64,000 nucleotides of DNA. Source: an uncultured Acidobacteriota bacterium (GTDB lineage Bacteria > Acidobacteriota > Terriglobia > Acidiferrales > UBA7541). The stretch covers positions 54,910-118,909 of the forward strand of contig CAWGPN010000018.1 of NCBI GenBank assembly GCA_963824515.1, written 5' to 3'. The notes below the pieces were generated by a model. It was not told the DNA's origin. It did not search any database and was given only the letters and a program-made list of their open reading frames with translations. The position numbers and the translations under genes are program-made. Below are positions 40,811-60,558 of this stretch, one piece after another. The first letter of the stretch is position 1, and each line of letters begins with the position of its first letter.

Positions 40811-42100
40811 ATGATGGGGTTTCTGCTCCTGGTGAAAATCGGGTGGCGCAATCTCTGGCGCAATCCCCGCGGGACCCTGCTCACGGCGCTGGCCTTGGGT
40901 TTGGGTCTGACCTTGCTGCTGGTTTCCTTGGGCTTGCTCGATGGCAGCCAGGAGCAAATGGTTGATAACGCGGTGAGATTCGGCACCGGGCACGTCGTCA
41001 TCCAGGCAGAGGGGTATCAAGACACCGACGCTCTGGAGCTTTTGCTGCCGACCCGAGCCGTGTCCACGACCCGGGAGTTTTTGCATGCCGAGGCCCTGAA
41101 GCATGTTGTGCGAGGCGTGAGTCCCCGGCTGCTGGCCTCTGGACTGCTGAGTTCCGCAGCCAACGCGAGTGGTGTGAGCATGATGGGGGTCATCCCCAAA
41201 GAGGAGCGGACCGTATCCCTGATCCCCCAGAGGATCGTCGAGGGGAGCTATCTCCATGACGACCAACAATCGGGTGCTGTCATTGGCACAGAGTTGGCCA
41301 GCAAGCTCGCGGTGAAAACGGGGTCCAAGGTCGTGCTCATGACTCAGGCGGTGCAACCGCCCGGCACGGAAGCGACGGACGCCAGCGGAGGAGAAATGCA
41401 GAGCACTCTGCTGCGGGTGAGCGGGATTTTTCGCACGGGTATCCAAGCGATCGATGCCCACATCATCCAGGTGCCGTTGCCCGAGGCCCAAGCCCTGCTC
41501 GGGGTGCCCGGCCGGGTCACTCAGGTCGCGGTCCTCCTCGACCGTGAAGGTGACTCGCTGATGGTGGCCCAGGACTTGCGGAAGCAGTTGACGAGGGCTC
41601 GGGTGGAAGTTCTGCCTTGGCGGGAATCCATGCCGGCGCTGGTTCAGCTGTTCTTGTTGGACGAGGCGTTTAATTATGTCATGAACGGTGTGGTACTCGC
41701 GATGGTCGGGTTGGGGATACTCAACACGATTCTCATGCGAGTACTCGAGCGCCGTTATGAATTCGGTCTCTGTTTGGCTCTGGGCCTACGGCCTAGGCAG
41801 CTTGCCGTCATGATCATTGGCGAGTCGTTGGCGCTCACAGCGATTAGCCTCGCTCTGGGTCTGGTGCTGGGGTTGAGCGCGCAGCATTATTTCGCCACCG
41901 CCGGGTTGGATCTGCGTTGGTTTTTCAAAAGCAGCCTCCCCACCGCTCTCGTTTTTGACCCGATCATTTACTCGCGCCTGAGCGTGGCGCGAATCGCTTC
42001 GTCGGTCGGCATTGTGTTTCTGACTGCGACCGTAATCTCCTTTTATCCGGCGTTCAAGGCCGCGCGAACCGCGCTGCCCGGCGCATTGAAGGTCTTTTAG
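40811..42100 (+). CDS. ABC transporter permease, LolC/MacB-FtsX type
   Basis: WRNLWRNPRGT, NTILMRVLERRYEFG, YPAFKAAR. Confidence 0.9.
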   Translation: MMGFLLLVKIGWRNLWRNPRGTLLTALALGLGLTLLLVSLGLLDGSQEQMVDNAVRFGTGHVVIQAEGYQDTDALELLLPTRAVSTTREFLHAEALKHVVRGVSPRLLASGLLSSAANASGVSMMGVIPKEERTVSLIPQRIVEGSYLHDDQQSGAVIGTELASKLAVKTGSKVVLMTQAVQPPGTEATDASGGEMQSTLLRVSGIFRTGIQAIDAHIIQVPLPEAQALLGVPGRVTQVAVLLDREGDSLMVAQDLRKQLTRARVEVLPWRESMPALVQLFLLDEAFNYVMNGVVLAMVGLGILNTILMRVLERRYEFGLCLALGLRPRQLAVMIIGESLALTAISLALGLVLGLSAQHYFATAGLDLRWFFKSSLPTALVFDPIIYSRLSVARIASSVGIVFLTATVISFYPAFKAARTALPGALKVF

Positions 42101-42171
42101 CGCAAGGCCTTGCCCAACCCCGTCTGGTAGCTGACTGTTGGGGCAGTACATCATGGCGCTGTTACCGGGAG

Positions 42172-42462
42172 GTGCAAGATGCGTGGGCGCACCCGATCGT
42201 CACCGAGATTCGGGGATGGGCTTTCGTGCAAGCGGTGCTGCCCAAAAGCAACCTGGGCAAGGCCATCAACGACAGACTGCGCCTATGGAAGGGCCTGACA
42301 CGCTTCCCCGATGACACCCGAATCTCGACGAAAACAATCAGCCGGCGCGCGGAGTGCGGCCCATTCCTTGTTGGTCGCAAGGATCACCACGGCTCCCGCT
42401 CCCGGCGGGGAACGGCAGACGCGGTGCTGCCAAGCTCCCTCACGATCTCTTCAACTGACTGA
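42172..42462 (+). pseudogene. IS66-family TnpC remnant
   Basis: VLPKSNLGKAIN...WKGLTRF.DD.RI...AE..P..VGRK. Confidence 0.7.
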
Positions 42463-42541
42463 TTCCGCGCCATGGCCGCTGCGGCACGAAACGAAGGGAT
42501 TCGGCGAGGAGTTATCGTTTTATCATGATGCGGAGGGCGAC

Positions 42542-43247
42542 ATGACTGAGTGGGCGGTGGAACTGAAGGACGTGAAGAAGACCTACCGCACGGGGCCAAT
42601 CGAGGTTCCGGCACTGCGCGGGATCAGTCTGCGGGTTGCTCCCGGAGAATTTCTCGCGATTGCCGGCCCGTCCGGTTCCGGCAAGACCACGTTGCTTAAC
42701 ATCATCGGCGGACTCGACCGAGCCGATACCGGAGAGGTGTTGGTGGAAGGGAAGAACCTTCAACTCTTATCCTCCGGGGAGCTGGCTCGTCTGCGGCTGC
42801 AGCGCCTCGGCTTCGTCTTCCAAGCGTACAACCTGCTGCCGGTCCTGACCGCCCTGGAAAACGCTGAATTTACCTTGCTCCTGCAAGGCGTTCACGTGGA
42901 GCAGCGTAAAGAAAGAGTGCAAAAGCTGTTCTCAGAAATCGGTCTTGCCGGCCTTGAACATCGTCGTCCCGGAGAGTTGTCCGGCGGGCAACAGCAGCGG
43001 GTGGCGGTGGCGCGAGCCATGGTCACCGAGCCGGCGCTGATCCTGGCGGACGAGCCCACGGCGAATCTCGACTCGGTCACGGCGACCGCTCTCCTCGAAG
43101 TGATGGAACAACTCAATCGCGCTCACGGCACGACTTTCGTTTACTGCCACCCATGATCCTCAAGTCATGGAGCGGGCGCGGCGGTTGATTCGCTTGCATG
43201 ACGGTCAGATCGCCAGTGATGTGGCGCAGGCCGGCCGCGCGCTCTGA
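42542..43247 (+). CDS. ABC transporter ATP-binding protein, LolD-like (frameshift near 43143)
   Basis: [34 protein letters not shown]; ATHD in the shifted frame. Confidence 0.9.
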
Positions 43248-43250
43248 GCC

Positions 43251-43724
43251 ATGGCCAGAAATACCCTGAAACAACGACTCCGCGAGATTCTGGCACAAGC
43301 TGTCGCATCTCAATGCTCCACCCGACCAAATCGCAGCCGGCTTCTCCATCGGCATCTTTGCCAGCTTCCTTCCGCTGAATCCATCCCCAATAATCGTGGC
43401 GATGTGGTGGCGTGGCTGCTGAAGAGGAACGTGATGGCCGCTGTCGCCGGGGCGGTGAGTTCGATTCTCTATATCCCGCTTTTGCCTTTGATCTGGCTGG
43501 CCGAATATCGATTGGGAAAGTTGATTCTCCCGGTGCAGCATCCGCTGACGTTGGATCAGGCGCGACTGTGGGACGTTTTGCAAAAGGGTTGGGATGTTTA
43601 CGCCGCCATGCTCGTTGGCTCGATCATCATCGCCACCCCCGTTACGTTGCTCACCTATTTGGTCGTCAAACGGCTCGCCGAGAGATGGGCTCGGCAAAAA
43701 AACGAGTCGCAACATTCAGACTGA
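43251..43724 (+). CDS. DUF2062-like membrane protein (compensating frameshifts in the 5' half)
   Basis: Alternate frame reads PDQIAAGFSIGIFASFLP; C-terminal YRLGKLIL...MLVGSIIIA TM pattern. Confidence 0.7.
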   Translation: MARNTLKQRLREILAQAVASQCSTRPNRSRLLHRHLCQLPSAESIPNNRGDVVAWLLKRNVMAAVAGAVSSILYIPLLPLIWLAEYRLGKLILPVQHPLTLDQARLWDVLQKGWDVYAAMLVGSIIIATPVTLLTYLVVKRLAERWARQKNESQHSD

Positions 43725-44501
43725 CTGCTGCCTCGGGTCCGGCCATTGCCAACACGGTAAGACGCAAGCCGTGTCCTTCCACGGCAAGAGCGGCGACATA
43801 GTCCGGGGCGGGGGTAAGTTCCTGAAGAGACCAACGGGAGGCTTCGGATGGATCTCGTTGAGTGCCGAGTACTGCGGCCGGTTCCCCGGGAGCCAGCGAC
43901 ACGTCAAACTGGTCCAAGGGCAGTGAAAGTCCTTCGCCCCGGGCCTTGATGTAGGCCTCCTTGCGCGTCCAACAGCGAAAGAACGCCTGACGCTGCACCT
44001 CGGTTGGGAAGTGTCCGGAGCATCGCAACCTCCCGTCGTGAGAAAAACCGCTCGGCGATCTCCGCGACTGCCAGATCGAAACGGATGCGCTCGAGGTCGA
44101 TGCCCACCTCCCGACCACGAGTGACCGCGTAAAGGGCGACTCCGTGGGAGTGGGACACGTTAAAGCGGATCGCATCCCCGTCAGATTCTCCGGCAAGGGC
44201 AGGCTTTCCATGAGAGCTGTAGCAAAAGGACAGGCATTCGGGCGCTCGATTCAAGTAGCCGCCGAGGATGGCCCGGAGCACTCCACGAGCGACGATAAAG
44301 TGCTCGCGGTCTCTCTCAAAATAAAACCGCTCAGCCCTCGCCTGTTCATCCGCAGCAAGGTTGTGGAGGAAGCGTCTGAATCTGTGACGGGGTCTGGTCC
44401 AAGGTCGCTCGCCAGACATGAACCTCATCGCGACCCAACACTAACGTTTCTGGTGGAGAGCGCCACGGAGGAACAGGAGAGGTGATGGGTGCTGCTTTCA
44501 T
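43716..44501 (-). CDS. sfp: Sfp-type 4'-phosphopantetheinyl transferase (several frameshifts)
   Basis: EVHVW, HGKP, FNVSHS, VGIDLE, FFRCWTRKEAYIKARGEGL. Confidence 0.88.
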
Positions 44502-44511
44502 GTGGTGGTTC

Positions 44512-45267
44512 TCACCCGTCTCCGCGCAGTTCTTGGGAGAGCACCTGAAGAAGGAGCGGCTGAGTTGTGTTCAAGAAGAAGTGGTCACCGGGAAACATCC
44601 GCAGCGAGAAGGAAACGCTCGTTTGATCACGCCAGGCTTCGAGATCGCCGCGACTCACCCTGTGATCCTGCAAGCCGCCAAAGGTGGAGATGGGGCAGTT
44701 GAGAGGAGGCTCGGTTGAGTACGCGTAAGTTTCGTAAACGGCGAAATCTGCCCGCAGGACGGGAAGCATGATCTGCATGAGTTCTACATCTTCCAACACT
44801 TTTCCGGGAATGCCATTCAGGCGACGCAATTCGACCAGGAATTCCCCCTCGGGCAGGGCATGGATCGGCCGGTCTCGATGAGGGATCTGCGGCGCGCGAT
44901 CCGCAGAGACAAACAGGCGAACCGGCTGAACACCAGACTGTCTCCGGAGCTGACGGGCGAGTTCAAAGCCAACCAATGCTCCCAGGCTGTGACCGAAGAA
45001 GGCAAACGGCTTGTCCAGGAGTGGAGCCAGGGCTTGGGCGAGGGCCTGGACGAGCAGGCGAGAGCTGAGTGAACGGAGTCTCCATCAGCCGGGTTCCCCG
45101 ACCGGGGAACTGAACCGGGCAGACCTCAACATCCGCTGGCAAGCCGTCCGGCCAAGTGCGAAAAATCGAGGCGCCGGTTCCTGCGTACGGGAAGCAGAAC
45201 AGACGGAGGCGGGCCTGTGGGTTCGGTTTGCGGCAGGCAATCCAGGAGTCAAAGGCGGTTGCGGTGG

Positions 45268-45271
<4 letters not shown>
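44512..45271 (-). CDS. Type II thioesterase (frameshift near 45060)
   Basis: LFCFPYAG, VQFPGRG, FFGHSLG, LRADF, PGDHFF. Confidence 0.9.
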
Positions 45272-52608
<7,337 letters not shown>

Positions 52609-52612
<4 letters not shown>

Positions 52613-55600
52613 TCACTAACCTTCTCATCAGCCAACATATCGGTGAGCAATGAATCCACTTTCTCATCCGAAAGCTGATCAAGGTTTGCCAACAGCTGTT
52701 CCGCATTTCCCTGGTCTATGTGCTCCTTCTGCTGTGTAACTGCCGGGGCCAGAGGCGTCGTCGGGTTGGCGACCTCGGCTGCCAGTTGATCAAGGACCTG
52801 CGTGACAGCTTGGTCAACGCTAAAGCCCTGAAGGAATTTCACCACCGGCACGTTCACCTCTAGGTCAACCGCGATCCGGTTTTTCAGCTCGACGGCCATC
52901 AAGGAGTCCAGTCCGAGATGGCTCAGGGGTTGCTGGACGTCCAGCTTGGATGGGCTGAGTCCGAGCACCCGGGCCACTTGCTCGCTCAGGTAGGAGTGCA
53001 GCAATTGCCGGCGTTCCGCTGGTTCGGCCGCAAGAAGGGCGTCCCTCCTTTCGCTCTTGCAGCCCGACTGGCCGGGGGACTTTGGCTTCCTCACGCGCCA
53101 GTTCAGAGAGCAGCGGCGAGGCGCTGCCGGCCGGATAGAACTCTCGATACTGCTTCCAGTTGACCGGCACCGCCACGACCTGGGTTGCGCTTTGCCCGAG
53201 CAGTCGTCCCAGCATTTCCAGCGCTTGCTTGGGTGCGATGCTGCTGATTCCCAGAAGCGCGAGGCGCGCGGCGAGACGCTTACCTCCAACCGAATCCGCG
53301 AATCCCTCACCGGCCCAGGCGCCCCAGTTGATACTCAGGGCCGGCTGGCCTTGGGCTTGCCGGTGATGCGCCAGCGCATCCAGGAAAGCGTTGGCGGCGG
53401 CATAGTTCCCCTGACCGGGCTGGCCCAGCACGGAACCCGCGGAAGAGAAGAGTATGAAGAAGTCCAAGGGATCGTCTTGGAGCAGGCGATGCAGCAGCCA
53501 GCCACCCATCACCTTGGGCCGCAAAACCGTATTCAGTGCCGCCGCATCGAGTTGCGCCAGCAGTCCGTCCTGCAGCACTCCCGCCGCGTGCACGACACCC
53601 CGGATCGGCGGCCAACCCTCCGCGCGAAACTCGTCCAGAAAGCCGCTCAACTCTCCTTCATCCGCCACATCGACCGACGCCAGATGCACGCATGCTCCCA
53701 AAGATTCCAGTTCCCGAATGGCGGTGATTTGACGGGCCAAGCGACTTCCCGTTTCTACCGAACTCCAGTTCGAGCGTGGCGGGAGCCTGGTGCGTCCCAA
53801 AAGGATCAACCGCCGCGCTCCTTGCTCGACCATCCAACGCGCGACCAAGAGGCCGAGGTCTCCCAGTCCTCCGCTGATCAGATAGCTGCCGTCCGTCCGC
53901 CACCGGAGCGGAAGTGCTTGCGTGGCCGATTGGCGCTGGCGGACCAAACGGCCCACGTATCGCCGCCCTTGACGAAACGCAAGCTGATCCTCTCCATCCG
54001 CACTGGAGATTTCCTCCCACAACTGATGAACGGCAGCGTCACGCAGCGATGCCCCGGGTTCCAGGTCCACCAGCCCGCCCCAGAACGTCGGGTGTTCCTG
54101 CGCAATGACGCGACCCAATCCCCAAAGCGGTGACTGAGCAACGGACATCGGCGCGGGCTTTTCTCCGGCCGCTTGAGCACCCTGCGTGATCAGCCAGAGT
54201 CGCGGGAGGTCAGGCGATTCCGTTCGAGCCAGTTCTTGCACCAGCAGCAGGACACTGCCGCAGCCCAGAGTCTGGGCAGCATTCAGCGAGGCCACCGGTG
54301 GTCTCCTCTGGACGAGCAACATCAAGACTCCAGAGATGGACAATTCCACGACAGCCGGACTGATCCGATACCAGAGCCGCCTCGAAGAGCCGGCGGATGT
54401 CCTCCGGTCGTTCGGGACGAATGCGATAATGCTCGCCGTCCGTTTGCTCGTACGATTCCCCGCGAGAGACCAGAATGCTCCGCTCGCCCCGGGCTTCCAA
54501 CAGCGCGGACAGCGCATCTCCCACGCCACCGCTGTCGGTAAAGATCAGCCAGCTTGCCCGGCTGGCTGGCGCGGCAGGTTTTCCTGCCGCGCGCTCTTTG
54601 GGCTGCCACTGGAACTCATAGAGCCAGTCGTCGAGATTATCGACAGCCGCGCGCTGTGTGTCTTCGCCCAGGTATTCAAAGCGAAGTCCCTGAATCTCGA
54701 CCGCCACGCGTCCCGCTTCATCGAGGAGCTGTACTTCTCCCGTTGTGGCATCCGCCTCCCGATGCTGCACCCGGGTGTGACTCCATAAATGACGGTCCGG
54801 ACGACCGTGAACCCGGAACTGGTCGATGCGGGTCGGCAGGTAGATTCCTTGTCGGCCGTTTTCCGTCGCTTCCGCTGCAACCGCAGCCCCGAGAACCTGT
54901 AACCCGGCATCGAGAATTGCCGGGTGAATTTGAAAGCCATTGAAACTCCGCCTCCGGCCCATCGGGCACCTGCACTTCACCCAACACATCTCCGTTGTTC
55001 CGCCACAACTGGGCGATGCTCTGAAAGAAAGGACCGTAATGGATGCCGCTTTCGCGGAGTCTCCGGTAATAATCCTGGCCGGAGATCTTCTCTGCGCATC
55101 GAGTTCGCATCTCCGTGAGCGTCTCCTGCCCGGCATCCGGCGTGATGATGCTGTTGTCCTGTTGAAGACAGACCTTGCCGGTCGCATGCAGCGTCCATGA
55201 TTTACTGGAATGCACCGCGCCTCCCGGGCAACTGTAGATGTGAAAGGATGCCGCTCCATCTGCGTCTTGAGAGAGGATCACCTGAATCGTGTGGGTTCCG
55301 CCGTCGGGCAAGAAAAGCGCCTTGCGAAATTCGATATCCTTCAGCGCAACGGATTGCGCGTCCGAAGACTTCAACCGCGGCGGCCAGGGCCATCTCCACA
55401 TAGGCCGAGGCGGGCAGCACGGCGCCGCCTTGGATGCGGTGGTCATCCAGATAAGGCCGGGATTTCTTGTCCAGCGTGGTTTCCCAGAAGTGGGTTCCCG
55501 CAGGATGCGCCGATTTGAAATGCCGGCCCAGCAGAGGATGGTTCCCTGTCCCGCTCCGAGAGACTTGGTCCCGGTGAGAATCGGTGTCTCCTGCTGAGGG

Positions 55601-58541
55601 CTCAAGCCAACAACGCTCCCGTTGCCACGGGTAGAACGGGAGTCGAACGCACCGGCCTGCGGTCGGATAGATCCGGTTCCAGTCGACCGGGTATCCCAAA
55701 GTATAAAGCGCGCCCAGCGATCCGAGCATGACCGTGTGTTCATCTTCCTCACGCCGCAGGGAAGGAAGCACGGCGCCTTCCTGGCCGAAGTGATGAAACC
55801 CTTGCTGCATGGCGCTGAGCAGAATGGGGTGCGGGCTGATTTCCAGGAAGATGTCATGCCCATCTTCCACCAGGCGCTGAACCGCAGTGGAGAAGAGCAC
55901 CGGCTCTCGCATGTTCCTCGCCCAATAGAGCGGATCGAATTCCAGCCCGTGGCTGACTTGGCCGGTCACCGTCGAGTAGATCGGCACGGATTCAGCCCGC
56001 GGCTGCAGCCCTTCCAAAGCCTGCAGTAAATCGGCGCGCAACGGCTCCATCTGGGGGCTGTGCGAGGCAAAATCGACCTTCACCATGCGACAGAAGATGT
56101 CGCGACGCTGCAACTGATCCAGAATGGCGGCGAGCGCGGCCGGATCGCCGGACAACACCGTCGAGGTGGGGCCGTTGCTGACCGCGATCGACACGCGGTC
56201 TTCGGAGCCGACCAGGACGCGTCGAGCTTCCTCGATGGAAAGTTCCACTGCCGCCATGGCCCCTTGCCCAATGGTGCGCTTGAACAACTGGCTGCGATGA
56301 CAAATGACCCGTACGGCATCGTCGAAGCTCAGCGCACCGGCGACGTACGCGGCCGCGACCTCTCCCAAACTATGGCCCACCACGGCCTGCGGCTCGATAC
56401 CCCACGAGCGCCACAGGGCTGCCAGGGCAACTTGAATCGCAAACAGGGCCGGCTGGATGATATCGATTTCGTTCAACCGCGACTGGGCGGCGTCGGTGGC
56501 CGTGAGTTCGGCGAGCAACGACCAATCTCCGTACGGTCGCATCGCCCGGTCGCAGCGTTCGATGACCTCCCGGAAAACGGCTTCCTGCTCCAACAGCCGT
56601 CGCCCCATGCCAAACCATTGGCCCCCCTGCCCCGGAAACACAAAAACAAGTTTTCGCCGGCGAGCGGAAAGCTTGCGGCCGGACGACAAGCCGGGACGAG
56701 CCTCGCCCCGCCAAAAGGCTTCCAGGCTCTCCGATCAGTTGCGCCGGCGAATTGCCGGTAACGGCGAGACGGTGCTCGTGGTGACTGAGCCGCACGCTGG
56801 CTGTGTAACAGATATCCGGCAACGACGCCGCGGACTCCGGGGTGGCGAGGAAGTTTTGGTAGGCGCGAGCGAGAGACTGGAGGGCTTCCGGACTACGTGC
56901 CGACAGCGGGAGCAGGTGTGTGCCGATTTTCCGTTCTGCATCCGGCATTCCCATAATGGCCGGGGGCGCCTCTTCCAGAACCACATGAGCATTGGTGCCG
57001 CCAAAGCCGAATGAGCTGACTCCAGCCAATGCTGGACCGGACTCCGCGGGCCATGGACTCAGCGTCGTTTGCACTCGGAGAGGCAGCTCGTCAAAAGGAA
57101 TATGCGGGTTGGGCTTTTCAAAGTGCAGGCTCGGCGGGATCTCCCGATGCCGGAGCGCCAGCGCCACCTTGATCAAGCCCGCGATACCGGCGGCGGCCTC
57201 GAGGTGGCCCAAGTTGGTCTTGACCGAACCCAGGGCGCAAGGCCGTCCCGGTGGACGTTCGACGCCAAGCACTGCGCCCAGCGCTTTCGCCTCGATCGGG
57301 TCGCCCAACAATGTGCCCGTGCCGTGGGCCTCGACGTATTGAACCTTGCCGGGCGAGACGGCGGCTTGCCGGTAGGCTTCTCGCAGGACCGCCTCTTGGG
57401 CCAGCGGATTCGGCGCCATGAGCCCGTTGCTCCGTCCGTCCTGGTTCACGGCGCTGCCGCGAATGACGGCATAAATCGGATCACCATCAGCCAAGGCTTT
57501 CGAGAGGGGCTTCAGCACGACGACACCGGCACCCTCACTGCGAACGTAGCCGTTGGCCCGGGCATCGAACGCTTTGCAGCGCCCATCCGGCGCCATGGCG
57601 CCGGCCTTGGTGAAATTGATCGCAATCGCCGGCGAGAGAATCAGGTTCACGCCCCCGGCCAGAGCCAGCGTGGACTCGCCGTTCCGCAGGCTGCAGCAGG
57701 CCAGGTGGACGGCAACGAGTGACGAGGAACAGGCCGTGTCGATGGCGAGACTCGGCCCGCGGAAATCGAACAGGTACGAGATTCGGTTGGCGGCGATGCT
57801 CAGGGCATTGCCGGTGCCGGCGTAGGCATCAATTCGCTCGAGATCATTCCACTGCAGCCGGCCGTAATCGTTGGTCGCGATGCCGATGAATACGCCGGTC
57901 TGGGTGCCGGCCAGACGCTCGGGCACCTGCCCCGCGTCCTGTAACGCTTCCCAGGCCACCTCCAGTAAGAGGCGTTGCTGGGGGTCCATGCGCGACGCCT
58001 CCCGCGGGGAGATGCCAAAGAAATTGGGATCGAACTGATCCACCTGCTCCAGAAAGCCGCCCCAGCGAGTGTTCATTTTGCCCGGGGTCGCCGGGTCTGG
58101 ATCGTAAAACGCATGCTGGTCGAAGCGATCCGCGGGAACTTCGCGGATGGCATCCACTCCGTCTCGCAGCAACTGCCAGAACGCTGCCGGGTCGTTCGCG
58201 CCGGGAAACCGGCAGCCGATGCCGATGATGGCGATCGGTTCGTTTTTCGCCTCCCGGTCCTGGCCAGCCCTGGTCGCTGACTCCGACACGTCCGGTGATT
58301 CTGCCAAATGCCGAGCGAGGGCCTCGATAGTGGGATACTCATAGGCCAGAGCCGGAGAAAGTTTTCGTCCCAGCCACTCGGCGAGTTCACCGGCCAGGCT
58401 GACCGCCTCCGTTGACCCGAGTCCGTAGCTGGCGAAGGGCTCCCGGATATCGATCTCGTGAGACTCGATTCCCAGCCGCTCGGAAAGTTTGGCGACCAAC
58501 CACGCCTGGATGACTTCTGCGTTGGTAGAATTCTCAGCCAT
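52609..58541 (-). CDS. Type I PKS, ACP-KS-AT-DH-KR-ACP (several frameshifts)
   Basis: ACP GLGS; KS DTACSSS, HGTGT, GHLE; AT GHSLG, FASHS; DH HRIQGGAVLP, ILDAGLQ; KR GGLGDLG, YAAAN; ACP LGLDSL. Confidence 0.92.
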
Positions 58542-58544
58542 CGC

Positions 58545-60344
58545 TCACTCCTCACCGAGTCTTTCCAGCGTCCCCTTTAGGAAACTGGCTTGGCAAGCAT
58601 GGCGCTGCACCTTGCCGCTGGTGGTCTTGGGAATGCGCCCGGCCCGGAGCAGCACCACCGTGTGGACTCGCACATCATGCTCTTCGGCCACCGCCCTCCG
58701 AATGGCCCGAACCACTGCCTCGACATCCAGCGGCAAACGCCCGTTTGGATGAGCGCGCGCTTCCCCATCCGGCGGGTTGCGAACCGCCGGTTGGTACCGG
58801 GGCTCGACTTCGGCGGCGATGATCAGTTGTTCTTCGTCGGCGCCATCGACCGAAAACGCCGCGCAGCAAGCCGGCCGTAAGGCCGGGTGACTCTGTTCCA
58901 CCGTCAATTCAATATCCTGGGGGTAAAGCTTGCGACCACTGATGATGATCAGATCCTTCAGGCGACCGGTGACAAACAGCTCGCCATCTTTCATAAATCC
59001 CAAATCCCCGGTGCGGAGAAACGGTCCCTCCCCGGTATCCTTCAGGTGGGCCCGGCAAGCGCGTTCTGTTTCCTCGGGTCGGTTCCAATACCCCTGAGTC
59101 ACGCTCGGGCCGGACACCCAGATTTCGCCCACTTCATCCGGTGCACAAGCGGTCAACGATTCCGGATGAGCGATGACAATCTTGGTATCGTGCAGGGCGT
59201 GGCCACTGCCGACAAGCGTCCGCACATTCTGGTGTTGGGCGCAGGCCTCCACGACGCGGTTCTGTTCAAACGCTGCCACTTGAATCGTGCGGAACATCTC
59301 ATCTCTCAAAGAACCGCCGGAAACCAGCAGCGTGGCTTCGGCGAGTCCATAACATGGATGGAAGGCGCTGGGGCGGAAACCACACGAGGCAAAGGTCGCC
59401 GCAAACCGTTTCATGGTGTCGGCGCGGACTGGCTCGGCGCCGTTGTAAGCCACATCCCAACTGCTGAGGTCGAGAGTTTCACGTTGTTCGGGAGTAATTC
59501 TGCGGGCGCACAATTCATACGCGAAATTGGGGCCGCCGCTAATCGTGGCTTTGTAGCGCGAAATGGCCTGGAGCCACCGCATCGGCCGCATGAGAAAGGA
59601 TACCGGCGGCATCAGGTAACACGGACGTCCCTTGTACACCGGTTGGATAATCCCATTGGTCAGTCCCATGTCGTGGAAGGCCGGTAGCCAGGTGACGGTG
59701 ACGCTGTCCGGGATGAGCGCGAAGACGCGGTTAATATAAGCCGAATTGTGGAGGAGGTTCCCGTGACTGATCATGACGCCCTTCGGTTCCGCGGTGGAGC
59801 CGGAAGTGTATTGGAGCAACGCCAGAGTGTTGCTGGTCACGGCCGGGTCTCGCCATTCCTGCGCCAGGCTGTCGGTAACCTTGTCGGTGGCCAACCAGCG
59901 CATCTTCTGCAGCTCGGGAGCTTGCGTGAACAGACCCTCAGTGTTGGAGAGAATCGCTGACGTGGTGAGCACCACCGAAGGCTGCGCATCGCTGACGATG
60001 GCCCGAAGCCTGGGGAGGGTCCGCTGTGGCTGAGCCGGATTGGGCGGAGGCAGAGGGACGGCAATCACCCCGGCATATAAACAACCAAAAAACGCGGCGA
60101 TGAACTCGAGACCTGCTGGATAAAGCAACAGCGCACGCTCCCCACTTGCTCGGTAGCTTTGGAGCAGCGCCCCGATACTCCGGGCTTGGCAGTCCAACGC
60201 CGCATAGGTCAGATGATCCCCTTCTGCTTCTCCATCGACCAGATAGGTATAGGTCCGCTGTTCAGGCTGCTGAAGCGCTCGCCAGCGAAGGATTTCGACG
60301 AGCGTGGAGAATTCCACGAGTGGATCAGTAGGGTCTTTCCTCAT
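58545..60344 (-). CDS. Fatty acyl-AMP ligase (FAAL)
   Basis: LQYTSGSTAEPKGV, WLPAFHDMGL, PCYGLAEATL, LRTGDLG, YPQDIE, IPKTTSGK. Confidence 0.93.
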   Translation of the reverse strand: MRKDPTDPLVEFSTLVEILRWRALQQPEQRTYTYLVDGEAEGDHLTYAALDCQARSIGALLQSYRASGERALLLYPAGLEFIAAFFGCLYAGVIAVPLPPPNPAQPQRTLPRLRAIVSDAQPSVVLTTSAILSNTEGLFTQAPELQKMRWLATDKVTDSLAQEWRDPAVTSNTLALLQYTSGSTAEPKGVMISHGNLLHNSAYINRVFALIPDSVTVTWLPAFHDMGLTNGIIQPVYKGRPCYLMPPVSFLMRPMRWLQAISRYKATISGGPNFAYELCARRITPEQRETLDLSSWDVAYNGAEPVRADTMKRFAATFASCGFRPSAFHPCYGLAEATLLVSGGSLRDEMFRTIQVAAFEQNRVVEACAQHQNVRTLVGSGHALHDTKIVIAHPESLTACAPDEVGEIWVSGPSVTQGYWNRPEETERACRAHLKDTGEGPFLRTGDLGFMKDGELFVTGRLKDLIIISGRKLYPQDIELTVEQSHPALRPACCAAFSVDGADEEQLIIAAEVEPRYQPAVRNPPDGEARAHPNGRLPLDVEAVVRAIRRAVAEEHDVRVHTVVLLRAGRIPKTTSGKVQRHACQASFLKGTLERLGEE

Positions 60345-60558
60345 CCGTACCTTTCTTCGCCGGTTCTGTCCCGATCGATGTGGAAATCGGTCTGGCGTAG
60401 CTTCCGGTCGAGCGTGAATTGCATTTTACCCGGGATTGAGGATTTCATACCTTACCCTTGCCCCTTCGAGTTCCAAGCATCGAGCCAATTGTCCTTGATT
60501 TCAGGGAGGGATCCATTGATCGAAAGATGGGCGAAAATTGGACCCGAGCGATTAACTT

